A DNA stretch of 64,000 nucleotides from Eledone cirrhosa (Eukaryota), in assembly GCA_964016885.1 (NCBI GenBank), contig OZ024745.1, positions 112,654,001 through 112,718,000 of the forward strand. The letters run 5' to 3'. Positions 38,424 to 50,095 of the stretch are shown here, one piece after another. A program made the position numbers and the translations under genes. The notes under the pieces were generated by a model that was not told where the DNA came from, ran no database searches, and saw only the letters and a list, made by a program, of their open reading frames with translations. Each line of letters begins with the position of its first letter. Position 1 is the stretch's first letter.

Positions 38424-38657
38424 AGAAATTGAAGACGCTCCTAAAAACACAAAATACATTAAAAGAAAAGGAATCGAAAGTTAGCTAGTTCTACCTCTAA
38501 TTCTTTCGTTTATCAATCTCTATGGCATTTAATGTTAAATTTGATTAATCACTTACATATAAACATATATTTATGCTTTATGTGTTCTGTGAAGAACTTA
38601 TGTGAAGAAACATAAATTCAAAATTCGAAGATAATATTTCAAGAATTAGTTGAGAAA

Positions 38658-41165
38658 ATGGATGAGGGTGCTCTTTCAAAAAAACGTATCACGATTCGTG
38701 GCCCTATAGAGAATGATACTATTGAGAATATAAACAAAGCTTTCAACCGTCACCTTCATTTTACTTTAATGAGAGATCAGAGTTCGGCAACCTTAAGAGA
38801 TTATTATTATGCATTGGCGTTTACAGTAAAAGACCAGTTGGTTGAGCGCTGGCTTCGAACACAACAACATTACCACAATGCTGATCCAAAAAGAGTTTAT
38901 TTTTTGTCAACTGAATATTACATGGGGAAATTTTTGCAAAATGCATTGATTTCTTTGAACAGCTTTGCTAATCATGAGGAAGCAATGTCCCGGTTAAATC
39001 TAGATATAGACGAACTGATGGAACAAGAACCCGAAGTGGGTTTAGGAAACGGTTGTCTTGGCATGCTAGCCTCTTGCATTTTAGATTCCATGGCTACAGT
39101 CGGTATCGCTGGCTATGGCTATGGAATTCGGTATAATTATGGTACATTTAAACAGGTCATAGACAATGGATGGCAGTGTGAATCAGCTGACGAGTGGCTT
39201 CAGTTCGAAAATCCATGGGAACGACCAAGACCGGAGCACAAAGTAAATGTACGTTTTGGAGGTCACGTTGAATTGGTTGATGAACGATTTGAGTGGGTTA
39301 ATACCTACTCAATAATTGCAATGCCATATGACTACCCAGTTCCCGGTTTTGCAAATAATAAGGTAAATACACTTAGGCTTTGGTCAGCTAAAGCATCGTC
39401 TAATTCCAAAGTGCAATTTGGCAATGACGGTGATTATATAAGATCCGTTTTAGAAAGAAATGCGACTGAGAATATCACCTGTGTCCTTTTCCCAAATGAT
39501 GCATTTTTTGAAGAGCAAGAATTGCGACTCAAGCAAGAGTATTTCTTTGTAGCAGCAACCTTAAATGATATCGTAAGAAGATTCAAAGCTGACAGTTATG
39601 GACGTTCTAAAAAAGGAAAAGAAGTGTTTTTTCAATTCCCAAAGAAAGTTGCGATTCAGTTGAATGAAAGCCACCCTGCATTGGCAATACCAGAGTTAAT
39701 GAGAATTCTTGTAGATGAAGAATTTCTTGAGTGGGATGATGCATGGTGCATTTCCTGTCAGACTTTTGCTTTTACAAATCACACAATATTAATAGAAGAG
39801 TTTGAACGGTGGCCTGTCACCATATTTGAAACATTACTTCCGAGACATTTGCAGATTATTTATCATTTGAATCATTTACATTTAGAAAAAGTTGCTAAAG
39901 ATATTCCGGACGATCATGATTGCATTCGGAGAACGTCAATATTCGAGGAATATCCTTACAAGAAAATAAACATGGCATACCTGGCTATTGTTGGTTCACA
40001 TGCAGTTAATGGTGTGGCATCTCTTCACTCAGAAATAATGGTACATGAAATTTTCAAAGATTTTTATGATCTGCAACCAGAAAAGTTTCAAAACAAAACA
40101 AATGGAATATCTCCAAGACGATGGATGCTCCAATGTAATTCTGCACTAGCAGATGCACTTGTAGAAAGAATTAGTAACCAATGGATAACTAATTTGTCGA
40201 AAATAAGAGAAATTGAAGCATTTATAAATGATCCTGGGTTTATAAGAACTATAATGTCAATAAAACTAGAGAATAAAAAGAGACTAGCCAAATATATTAA
40301 AGATAACTTTGACAAAACTATAGATGAGGATTCATTGTTTGATGTTCAGGTCAAAAGGATTCATGAAAATAAGCGCCAGTTATTGAACTGTTTGCATATA
40401 ATAACTAAATACTGTCGTATTAAATTCGAAAACGAATCAGTGGTGCCTCGGACATTTATATTTGGAGGTAAAGCAGTACCTGGGTATAGAATGGCCAAAC
40501 TAATAATAAAGTTAATTAACAATATTGCTAATGTCATCAACGAGGATTCTGATATAGATGGTAAACTTAAAGTATTCTACTTGGAAAATTATGGTATGTC
40601 TTTAGCTGAGATAGTTATTCCAGCAACTGATCTTAGTGAACAAATTCCAACAGCTGGTACAGAAGCTTCGGGAACAACCAACTTAAAATTCATGGCTAAC
40701 GGAGCTTTAACAATAGGCACACTGACTGGAACTAATGTTGAAATAGCAGAAGAAGTAGGACAAGAGAATATGTTTCTTTTTGGAAATAATTTTGACGAAG
40801 TACGTCAAATAAAAGAATCGGGATATAATCCATCGGAATATTACCATTCTATAGATGAATTAAGAAGAGCGATGGATTTAATCAGAGACGGACATTTTAG
40901 TCCTGAAGATCACGGCTTGTTCACAGATTTATTTAATAGTTTGTTCTACGCCGACGAATATTTACTATTAGCTGACTTCCAGTCATATTTGGAAGCGCAG
41001 GATCGAGTTGAAAAACTTTTCCTTACGCCTGAAGAATGGACCAAAAAATCAATCTTAAATATTTCTTCGTGTGGAAAGTTTTCTAGTGACAGAATGATAC
41101 GAGAATATGCCAAAGACATTTGGAATGCAGATGTGTCAGACAAACTTATTCGGCCGGTCTCCTAG
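38658..41165 (+). CDS. Glycogen phosphorylase-family protein (GT35), intronless, 835 aa, divergent
   Basis: Uninterrupted ORF; KRITIRG, FNRHLHFTL, ELRLKQEYF, FTNHT, KTNGISPRRW, VQVKRIHENKRQLLN, EASGTTNLKFMANGALTIGT, GKFSSDRMIREYAKDIW. Confidence 0.96.
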   Translation: MDEGALSKKRITIRGPIENDTIENINKAFNRHLHFTLMRDQSSATLRDYYYALAFTVKDQLVERWLRTQQHYHNADPKRVYFLSTEYYMGKFLQNALISLNSFANHEEAMSRLNLDIDELMEQEPEVGLGNGCLGMLASCILDSMATVGIAGYGYGIRYNYGTFKQVIDNGWQCESADEWLQFENPWERPRPEHKVNVRFGGHVELVDERFEWVNTYSIIAMPYDYPVPGFANNKVNTLRLWSAKASSNSKVQFGNDGDYIRSVLERNATENITCVLFPNDAFFEEQELRLKQEYFFVAATLNDIVRRFKADSYGRSKKGKEVFFQFPKKVAIQLNESHPALAIPELMRILVDEEFLEWDDAWCISCQTFAFTNHTILIEEFERWPVTIFETLLPRHLQIIYHLNHLHLEKVAKDIPDDHDCIRRTSIFEEYPYKKINMAYLAIVGSHAVNGVASLHSEIMVHEIFKDFYDLQPEKFQNKTNGISPRRWMLQCNSALADALVERISNQWITNLSKIREIEAFINDPGFIRTIMSIKLENKKRLAKYIKDNFDKTIDEDSLFDVQVKRIHENKRQLLNCLHIITKYCRIKFENESVVPRTFIFGGKAVPGYRMAKLIIKLINNIANVINEDSDIDGKLKVFYLENYGMSLAEIVIPATDLSEQIPTAGTEASGTTNLKFMANGALTIGTLTGTNVEIAEEVGQENMFLFGNNFDEVRQIKESGYNPSEYYHSIDELRRAMDLIRDGHFSPEDHGLFTDLFNSLFYADEYLLLADFQSYLEAQDRVEKLFLTPEEWTKKSILNISSCGKFSSDRMIREYAKDIWNADVSDKLIRPVS

Positions 41166-41643
41166 AAATTAATAATTAATAACTTCTTAATAATGAATAA
41201 TTTCTTGGATATGATATACGTTTATTTAAAAAAATATTCTCTAATTAGAACTGCCTATAAAAAGTTTTATTAAAATTATTTTAGAACCAAATTGCTGTCT
41301 ATAAATAGGTAGTTAAGCCCCCAAAATAACTGTATAACTGTATTTCATTTGTTACTGAAATGGGTGGCAGTATGGTTTTCGATTAAGACGATCATAATCT
41401 GCATTGTTAAGAAATTACATTTCATTTTACTGCAAACTATGTATTCTTGTAATGTTTATAAGCTTGTCGCTCTGTTTATTGTATGTGTGTGCGCATGTAA
41501 ATACGTCATTTACATTTATGTATATATTTGTATTTTAAGTAATCATTACATGGTATATTGTTTCTTATGTGATATCTATATAGTAAATAAGAAAATTATT
41601 GCTGGTGTGTTATCTGGCTCACACAGACCTTGCATTGGTAGTT

Positions 41644-41882
41644 CAGGGGCGGTGGAAGCATTTCTGAATAGAGGCGCCAAGTTTGGACAATTTAGTTGTA
41701 GTGATCAGTTTAGAACTTTGCACTCTAAAATGGTAAAAAAAAACTTCGATATGCGATAAACATACCATGTACATAAATTGTAGCGCATATCCAAATAGAT
41801 GTGTGTTTTGGTAGTTTGGGGAGGAAAATATGATTATGGAGGGGGGGGGGGGCATATCTCGCCACCCGTTCCACCGCCACTG
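41644..41882. mobile_element. hAT-like MITE
   Basis: TIRs CAGGGGCGGTGGAA / TTCCACCGCCACTG; no matching TSD. Confidence 0.6.
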
Positions 41883-42351
41883 TATATATATAATTTTAAA
41901 AAATGATGCTCTGTGCCCTTTCCTAAGGGGTTAATATATCGAGTTACTTCGCATTTCGTAAGAAACTGGTATTATACCCAATTTATTCATCTCCTCTCTC
42001 TCTCTGTCGCTCTCTTTCTATATATATATATATATATATACAGTGTACCCCCGACATTCGTGGTCCAGGTTATTCGCGGAATAATCCTTAGAATTTAACT
42101 AATAATTCTTAGTGGAAACCACACCATATTCGCGGAATCGTAAATATCTTCCGCGATTTTTCAATAGCTTTTTCCGTGGCAATGCATATTTTGTTAACGC
42201 TCAATTCATTTACTATGACTATTGGTGAACTTTGTTACTCTTTTAGCAGAATATTGATAATGATAGTTATATTTGTATTAACAGTGGTCACCAATAGAGC
42301 AGACATTTAATAGTCACCAGTTTAGCAGAAAAATAATAATATGCCATGTAA

Positions 42352-42558
42352 TAATTGTTTCTATTTTAGGCACAAGGCCAGCAATTACCCAGTACATTAC
42401 TGGTACTTTATTTTATCGACCCCGTAAGGATGAAAGGCAAAGTTAACCTCGGCGGGATTTGAACTCGGCGGGATTTGAACTCAGATCATAAAGGGACGTA
42501 ACTCTATGCGTCAAAGCATGGCGTCCGACCCTCTACCGATACTGTCAATCCACCGCCC
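42352..42558 (-). mobile_element. SINE family A with duplicated B-box
   Basis: CTCGGCGGGATTTGAA occurs twice in tandem. Confidence 0.85.
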
Positions 42559-42642
42559 TTGTAATAATAATATCAACGACATTGCCATGTAATAATAATA
42601 TTGCCATGTAATAATAATATCAACGACAATAATAATAATGAT

Positions 42643-43876
42643 TTCTTTATTAACCACAAGGGTTTACTTAAAGTAGACATTAAGGACAGTGCAGGACAAT
42701 GCAGGACGGTACAAATGGGCATTTCTGCGTGTAAAAAACAAAAACAGAGGATGTAACAAAAAATAACAATGAAAAATTCCCCAATAGGGGGGAGACTTCG
42801 GAGGGACATTTGTGGAGAAAGCCCAGTAAAAACCCACAATGACCCTGACCACCAAGGCAAGTGCCCTCTCAGTTTTCCACCTTTAATTTACAGATATATA
42901 CTCAGAGTAGGCCCATTCACTCGGGCCATTCTTGCTTCTCTCACCCATCTTTCAACAAAATGCTGGGAAGAGAGCACTTCCCTCTCTACTCTGATTTTCC
43001 TTTTCAAATGAAATTTGAAAAAGTCAATCAGGGCATCACCGAAGAGGTAAGTGCTCGTCTTCAGCCCTTTCAAACGTGTCCACCATACTATCTCTTTCGC
43101 CATGGCCACCAGACAGATAAAAACTGCCTGCCCTTCCCGGCTAAAGGAGGAGAGCGGGGCAATCCTCACGATGGACTCAGATGATAGTCGGATCCGTCCT
43201 AAACGCGACAGCAGGTGTTCGACATAAACCCACAAGTCAGCAATTTTCGGACACTGGACGAGTGCGTGCAGGACGGTTTCGTCGCCCTGCGCGCATCTCG
43301 GACATGCCCGGCTGACGGCACCTCCATGCCTGTAGAGTTTATCCCGAACTGGCAAGGCTCCTCGGTAGCACTGCCAGGCCAGAGATTTCTGGAAGTTGTC
43401 CATAGGCCCTGGCCCGAAAGTTCTTCCGAAGAGATTGGCTAGTTGATTTTCGTCGACGCCTAGAGTTTCCCCAAGTACGTCGTCGCTCTTACCCTCCACT
43501 AATCCTCTATAGAACGCCGAGGTGGAGTTTCCACCGATCACATTGCCCGATTGGTCGAGGGCTGTGAGCGCCTGAAGACATTCCAGTCTCCAGGCGCTCC
43601 CTCTCGGTCTTCGCTTGACCCAGGACTGCAGCTCCGTCAAGGAAACGAGCTGGGGAAATACGTGTCTAGCAAACGGCGACCACACCTGATCACCGTCGAG
43701 GAAGAGGTGGAGATGTCGTAGCCTGAGCGCGTGCCTGCGCATCATCAGCCACGGCATGCCCAGCCCTCCACGTAGCGGGTGTTGACAACAGATGGACCGC
43801 CTGACCATCGGAGCACGTCCCTTCCACAAAAAGCGAAAGAGCAAACGCTCCAGCGCAGTCAGGCGAGGCTTAGGAC
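42643..43876 (-). mobile_element. L1/Tx1-clade LINE, 5'-truncated 3' end of ORF2 plus 3' UTR
   Basis: FRFLWKG...PLRGGLGMP; zf-RVT LPVRDKL...CPRC...ETVLHALVQC; reading frame open to the stop at 42888; flanking direct repeat CAACGACAATAATAATAAT. Confidence 0.9.
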
Positions 43877-44959
43877 AACGACAATAATAATAATAATGAT
43901 GTATTTTGTTGTAGCAGGAAAGGTATGGTTTCATTATATAAATAAATGTAACGGTTTTGTTATATGGCAATGTTAGTTGAATTGAGGTTCGGCTGTAAAT
44001 CCCAGGTTCTGTTGCTGCAGTGATGATAACTCTGGAAAGGATCTTTCCATATCACATTTAAAGGTTATATGGCCGTGGTAATAGCATCACAAGACTTTAC
44101 AAACCGATTATAAAGGTTGAGCTGGCATGCCAAACAAAGGAATAAACAAATTAAGAGTTTAGAAGGTACGGTCCACTGGCTGAGGTGCTGGCCAGGCCGT
44201 AGTTATGCTGTTGTTGCATATTGGCTGGTGGTCATATACGACGATACAATGTAAGTGATTCAACAGGAAGACGGAAGAATAGATAAAACATAGAAGTAAA
44301 CAGTATAATCGAACCTGTGTGTGTGTGTGTGTATTCTTAGTATATGTTATTCATCTCAAGGACTGCGGTTTCGAATCTTCGCCGGTAAATTTATGGGAGA
44401 ATTTCGTTATAGTATCATCATTTTTACTAATTTTATATCGCAGTCGGCGAACAATTGCATCGTCGGTTACAAATTTTCCATGGATCAATCGGTGGGCCAC
44501 TGAATTTCTGGCTGCGAGAGAACAAATATCGCTAGAAATCTCGTTCGAAAATATATAATCTTTTTTTGCTAATGTTTATATCCGTTGCAGATATACATCG
44601 GCGAAAAATATGTACATATATACATGATGACAGCCACCAAGTAATCGGGTATGGCTATCAAATGACATCCGCTTGATTCTTGTGGGTGTTGTGAACGGAA
44701 ATGGCTTTTTAGGCCTAAATTTTGAGCGTTCCTTTTCATCAAGTCACCTTTTAAGGCTACAGTCAGCCATTCACACCATTCAAAGATCCTATGATATCGA
44801 ATGATGCCTGTGCGTGAAGCTTTTTATAGTAAGGAAAGTCCTTGCACTGAACCTATCCCACTTACTGAACAACAATAGCTATAATCCGAAAAGAAGAATA
44901 AATCAACATATCGGCTACTACTGAGCCGCAGGTTTTACATCTGATTTTCACCCTCCTAG

Positions 44960-45385
44960 AGATCTTTTCACATCTTCATCTATCCTTTGCAAGACATTCC
45001 CAACCTACTAGAGAGACGTGCTCCTTTCTTAGATAGGATTTTAAGCAGTCCTGGGCATTGGTTTTGAGACATTGCGTTAGTTCTTCATAGAACATTTACT
45101 TTGGATCAGCTATTCGGACAATATGGCCGGACCAACACAGACAACTTTTCATGATCAGAGACGATACATGGTAAAGATGCTCTCTCAAAAACATTGATAT
45201 TTGAAGATTGTAACCTCCATCCAATGCAAAAAATATTTCCTCTCTATTAACCGTATCTAATGCTTTACATGCATCAATAAAGCAATGATACAATGGCATA
45301 TTCTGCTCTCTACACTGCTTTTGCGGCGGAGGGACGCTAAATATCATGTCTATTGTACCGCGTCTTGCACGGAAGCGACTCTGAT
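44960..45385 (-). mobile_element. RTE-like LINE relic
   Basis: RARRGTIDMIFS..CREQNMPLY..FID..KALDTVNRE; LCWSGHIVR. Confidence 0.7.
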
Positions 45386-46781
45386 TTGTATGCTTCTATG
45401 AAACAGGCTTTGGTTTCTTTGCGATTTCAGTTTGGAACACCTAGTCGTTTAGGGGAGATGTAGACCGTGTGTGTGTGTGTGTGTTAATATAAGGGTGGGT
45501 GTAACATAATTGAAAAGAAAAGTGTTCAAAAATAGCTGGAGTCATAACACAACCTTTTTTTTTGTTGTTGTTGCTTGAAACATGAAAACCACCATTATTG
45601 CATGAAAACAATTGATGACATTTAACATCTTATCAGGTATACTCATTTTTTTAGAACTGTTGAGTGAGCATTTCTGTTGACTGCGTCGGAAGCTTTAGTC
45701 AGATCTATAAAACCCATACACAGTTCAACCTTTTTTCTAACGAACTTTCTCTGCAACCTGACGAAGTGAAAAGATCATACCAATGGAACTGAGGCCTGAT
45801 CTAAAACCACATTATGACTCCGGAAATATGCCATCAATAACACGCTTGATTAACCTGTTAACAACTACTCTTGCCAAGATTTACCTGCAATACACAGGAT
45901 AGTGATGCCTCATGAGTTATTACAGATAACTTATCTTCCCTTATGTTTTTAGGAGATGCTTGATGGAGGAATTCTTGTAGCTTTGTGGTGCACGCCCAAC
46001 TTTCCCGATTACTTCAAAGGAGTCAAAAATTCTTTTGCACCCGTTTTTTCGTTTTTTTTTTTTTGTCGTTATATTTGAAGGTGGTATGCCATCCTTATTG
46101 GGAGCTTTTTTAATGATATTTACTTTATAGCAGAGTTTCCCAACCTGGGCAATATCGCCCACCGGCGAGCAATTTCAACTGATGGGTGGGCGATGAGCAA
46201 TTGAACAGAGAATATTGGGCGATTTGAAATTTTGGTGGACCATATAGGATTTTGAGTATTTAAGAAGGTATTTCAACATATGCTACCCGAAAAAATATTC
46301 AAAGGTGATATGCAAAGAACCTGTCTCTATATATATTAAAAACAACAACAAAAAAAACAGGATGCTACATGAGAATAACGAACCAGTCACAAAATTTTAC
46401 CAAACATTTTTGGTGTGCTTTTGAATATTTATCATACAGGAGGGCGGTGACGATTTTTTCCACGTGAAAGTGGGTGTTGACGCAAAAAAGGTCTGGAAAC
46501 TCCTTCTGTATAGAATCTTTAAACCTGGTTCAAGAGACAATTCCAAGATTTCTAGTCTTTGAAGAATGGAATCAATTACATTATCATTAATGTCAGTTGG
46601 AACTAAGAACAGCTTCAAAATGTTCCTTTCTTCAAGAAATAAATAAGACTACGAAAAGAAGTACTAGAAAAAATGACAGCTCAAGAGTAGATTTGGGAGG
46701 GAGGGGGTAATAAATTAATTTTCTTTTTCGGTACTAAAGATTATAATTAAACCCAGTGGCCTAGAAAGGTGGCGTTAATTT

Positions 46782-46962
46782 TGGATTGGCAGTATCGGTA
46801 GAGGGTCGGACGCCATGCTTTCCAGCATAGTTACGTCCCTTTACGATCTGAGTTCAAATCCCGCCGAGGTTGACTTTGCCTTTCATCCTTACGGGGTCGA
46901 TAAAATAAAGTACCAGTAACGCACTGGGTAATTGCTGGCCTTGTGCCTAAAGTAGAAACAGT
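46782..46962 (+). mobile_element. SINE family A
   Basis: Near-consensus. Confidence 0.9.
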
Positions 46963-47145
46963 TAATTTCTTAGAGTTTGGTGGTTTGTGGTCGATTATGT
47001 AACGATGGAGGATGTGCGTGTACATCTATTATTCATGTATCCAAATATTTACATACCTATGTTTATCTGTCTCCTGGTGGTTATATGTAGATATATGTGC
47101 AGGCGTGCATTGGTATATATATAGATATAGACATGTATGTATGGG

Positions 47146-47193
<48 letters not shown>

Positions 47194-47229
47194 GTGTGTG
47201 TCTGTGTGTGTGTATATATATATATATTC

Positions 47230-47319
<90 letters not shown>

Positions 47320-47531
47320 CGGTTGATGCATATTTATATATACATATGTACATGCTTGTTTGTTTGTATAGCTCGCTACATATATAGTTGCATATGAGCG
47401 TGTGTTGACATACATGCCAGTTCATTTGTTTACTTCTCTCCCTTTCTCACCCATTCACTCACACTCTTTCTTTCTCTCTTTTTCTTTAAATATATATACG
47501 CAACATATATGCATACGCACACACAAATATG

Positions 47532-47574
<43 letters not shown>

Positions 47575-47618
47575 AAGTTAAATAAAATTCAAATGATTAA
47601 AATTTAGCTTCGTTTATT

Positions 47619-47673
47619 ACTGCTATATATATTTCAGTGACAGCCATCTTTGGCTGTGACCTCTTCAGGCAGT
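47619..47673 (-). ncRNA. Minimal type-I hammerhead motif, mirror copy in the left palindrome arm
   Basis: Exact reverse complement of 47904-47958. Confidence 0.65.
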
Positions 47674-47903
47674 TTGAATTAGTATGGTATAGACAAGTAC
47701 ATATGTTGTTTAGGTGTATAATATTGTCAATACTCTGATATGCCCAGTTCCTTGTTGGGTTGTTAATTCACTGAGGAACTGGAGTCATATGACTCCAGTT
47801 CCTCAGTGAATTAACAACCCAACAAGGAACTGGGCATATCAGAGTATTGACAATATTATACACCTAAACAACATATGTACTTGTCTATACCATACTAATT
47901 CAA

Positions 47904-47958
47904 ACTGCCTGAAGAGGTCACAGCCAAAGATGGCTGTCACTGAAATATATATAGCAGT
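47904..47958 (+). ncRNA. Minimal type-I hammerhead ribozyme motif
   Basis: ACTGC-CTGAAGA-GGTCACAGCCA-aaga-TGGCTGTCACT-GAAA-TATATA-TA-GCAGT; palindromic helix III. Confidence 0.65.
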
Positions 47959-48099
47959 AATAAACGAAGCTAAATTTTAATCATTTGACTTTTATTTAAC
48001 TTTATTTTACACTACTCCGGAGTAACCTAACCAACCTGCGCACTTCGTCGAGTGCTCCAGCCTGCATACTGAGGTATTGGTATACAACCAACATAAACT

Positions 48100-48176
<77 letters not shown>

Positions 48177-48777
48177 CGTGTGTGTGTGTGTGTATGTGAG
48201 CATAAATATATATTTCAATGAAAATACAAGACCGGATTCCAATATCTTCCTTTAATGTTGCATATTTGCATAATACGTATTTTTGTGGTCAACTTAAGTC
48301 ACCAGACCAAGACGCAAGACAATCGGTGGCGTCATTAGATGTAATGATCATGAAATATTTATTTTAGTAATCCCTCCTTGGTTACAACAAAATACAAACT
48401 AGAAATTGATATGGAAGCGGCTCAGCTAGCGATGCTATTACTACGGCGGATAGCTTCCGTAAGCTCACACAGTCGTAGGTTAATAGGCACCACCAAAGGG
48501 AGGGTATGTGTGTTTGACAGCGATACATTCTTACCAGGGGTTGATACGTGATGCTATCCCACCCTAAACCATTGGTTTAATATCTTCAATCAAGGTCGGG
48601 AGGCGTCATTTGTGCTATGATACCCCGGTTGGTTCTTGGCCGAAAACCAGCGTTGATTGACTGTGAATCTCTTAAAAGGTATACATATTTTTAGTGTAAA
48701 TAGAAATACCATTATAGTGGATAACTATAAAAATTATAGGAGAATCTTTTATAAATTTTACAAATTATAAAAATGGA

Positions 48778-49282
48778 AGCTACAGCCACGCATCTCTCCT
48801 CGCTGATCTCGATACTTGAATCCGAGCGGCAGCTGAGGAGATATGCAATGTCAGGTTTGACGACATTGGATGGCAGCAGGCCACTTTATCTGTCAGATAT
48901 GGCGGCCTTGGCCTCCGGTCCCCGATCTCGCTGACTTTTCTGGCGTTTCTTTCATCGGTAACCTCATGTCACGTCCTCGTCAGCAGGGTTCTCCAAAATA
49001 TAATGGAACCCTCTGTGTTCACGGAACGTGAGGCCGCCTGTGAGACGTGGGACAGGCTGGGACTTAGCCCAGTATACGTCCCTCGTCCTTCTCCCCCTGC
49101 TGACGTCAAGTCCCCCCCCCCCGAAGCGTATGGGATGCCATCCAGTGCAGCCAGGCCTCAGACAGGCTCACGCGCCAACTCGACCAGCACCGCCTTGCCT
49201 GCTTTCGCGCGGCCTCCAAACCCCACGGTGGTGCCTGGCTCCATACCTTGCCCTCCTTCCCCACTGGCACGCAGCTGGATAA
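48778..49282 (+). mobile_element. Internal fragment of the CRE-like element
   Basis: High identity to 22202-22698. Confidence 0.9.
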
Positions 49283-49739
49283 GTGTGACGACGCACTGGG
49301 CGTCGAGGAAATCGAACTGACCAGTCTGTTCCGGAAGACTTCCGAGCCGGAGACTATGGATAACCTCCAGAAATCCTTCGCCTGGCAGTGCTACAGGGGG
49401 CGGGGCACTGCCGGTTGGAGATAAGCTCAACAGGCACGCAGAGCCTTCTGTTCTCAGCTAAAAAATGCTGGGGGCCGCAAACCTCCGTTGCTGCAAACAC
49501 CAGTGCCGGGACACAAAACCTCACTATCAACAACGCCAGCACCGACAGCAGTTACCCTAGAAGCAGCATCACCGGCACCAACAACAGCACCAGCTAAACC
49601 ACCACCAACAGAATCAACCCAAGGGGGAAAACGAGGAAAGTTCTTTCACATAAGATAGAAGGAAATGCCCTCTTCCCAATAGAGCAAAAATGCTACCTCG
49701 CAGCTCATACGGATGTAAAGGTGAACTGCCGCTCAAAAC

Positions 49740-50095
49740 ACTAGAGCTTCACCAGTATATGTCTAGACAACAAAAAAGCCTTCGACAGTGTCCTGGATAC
49801 CCAAATCCATAGAATTTAACCAAAGTTAAGTCAGTTTTTAGGCACAGCATGACCTTGTGGAATACTAACCTCATTTTCTCACATTCAATCGATACAATGA
49901 ACTATGACAACATAAATTTTAATCGTGGCATTTTTCAAGGAGAGAATCTCTCTCTCTCCCTTTTCTGTATCTTCTTAATTCCCTTATTGCTACAACTAAT
50001 TAAAACAGGTTTTGGATACAAGAGCAGCGATATGAAGATTATCCGTTTATTTTATATGGATGATTTAAACCTGTATGGGAGAGCGACGAATGACA
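49740..50095 (+). mobile_element. R4/Dong-like RT relic
   Basis: KKAFDSV, FNRGIFQGENLSLSLFC, LFYMDDLNLY. Confidence 0.7.

Larger units (their letters stand above)
47568..48009. repeat. 442-bp spacerless palindrome (221-bp arms, one mismatch seen)
   Basis: Centre GGAGTCAT|ATGACTCC at 47788/47789; arms compared by eye; (TA)n on the left and again after a unique tail of about 90 bp on the right. Confidence 0.95.

Noticed and set aside
46130-46630. Possible hAT/Charlie end and transposase relic
   Set aside because: Only one TIR-like end and no convincing motif
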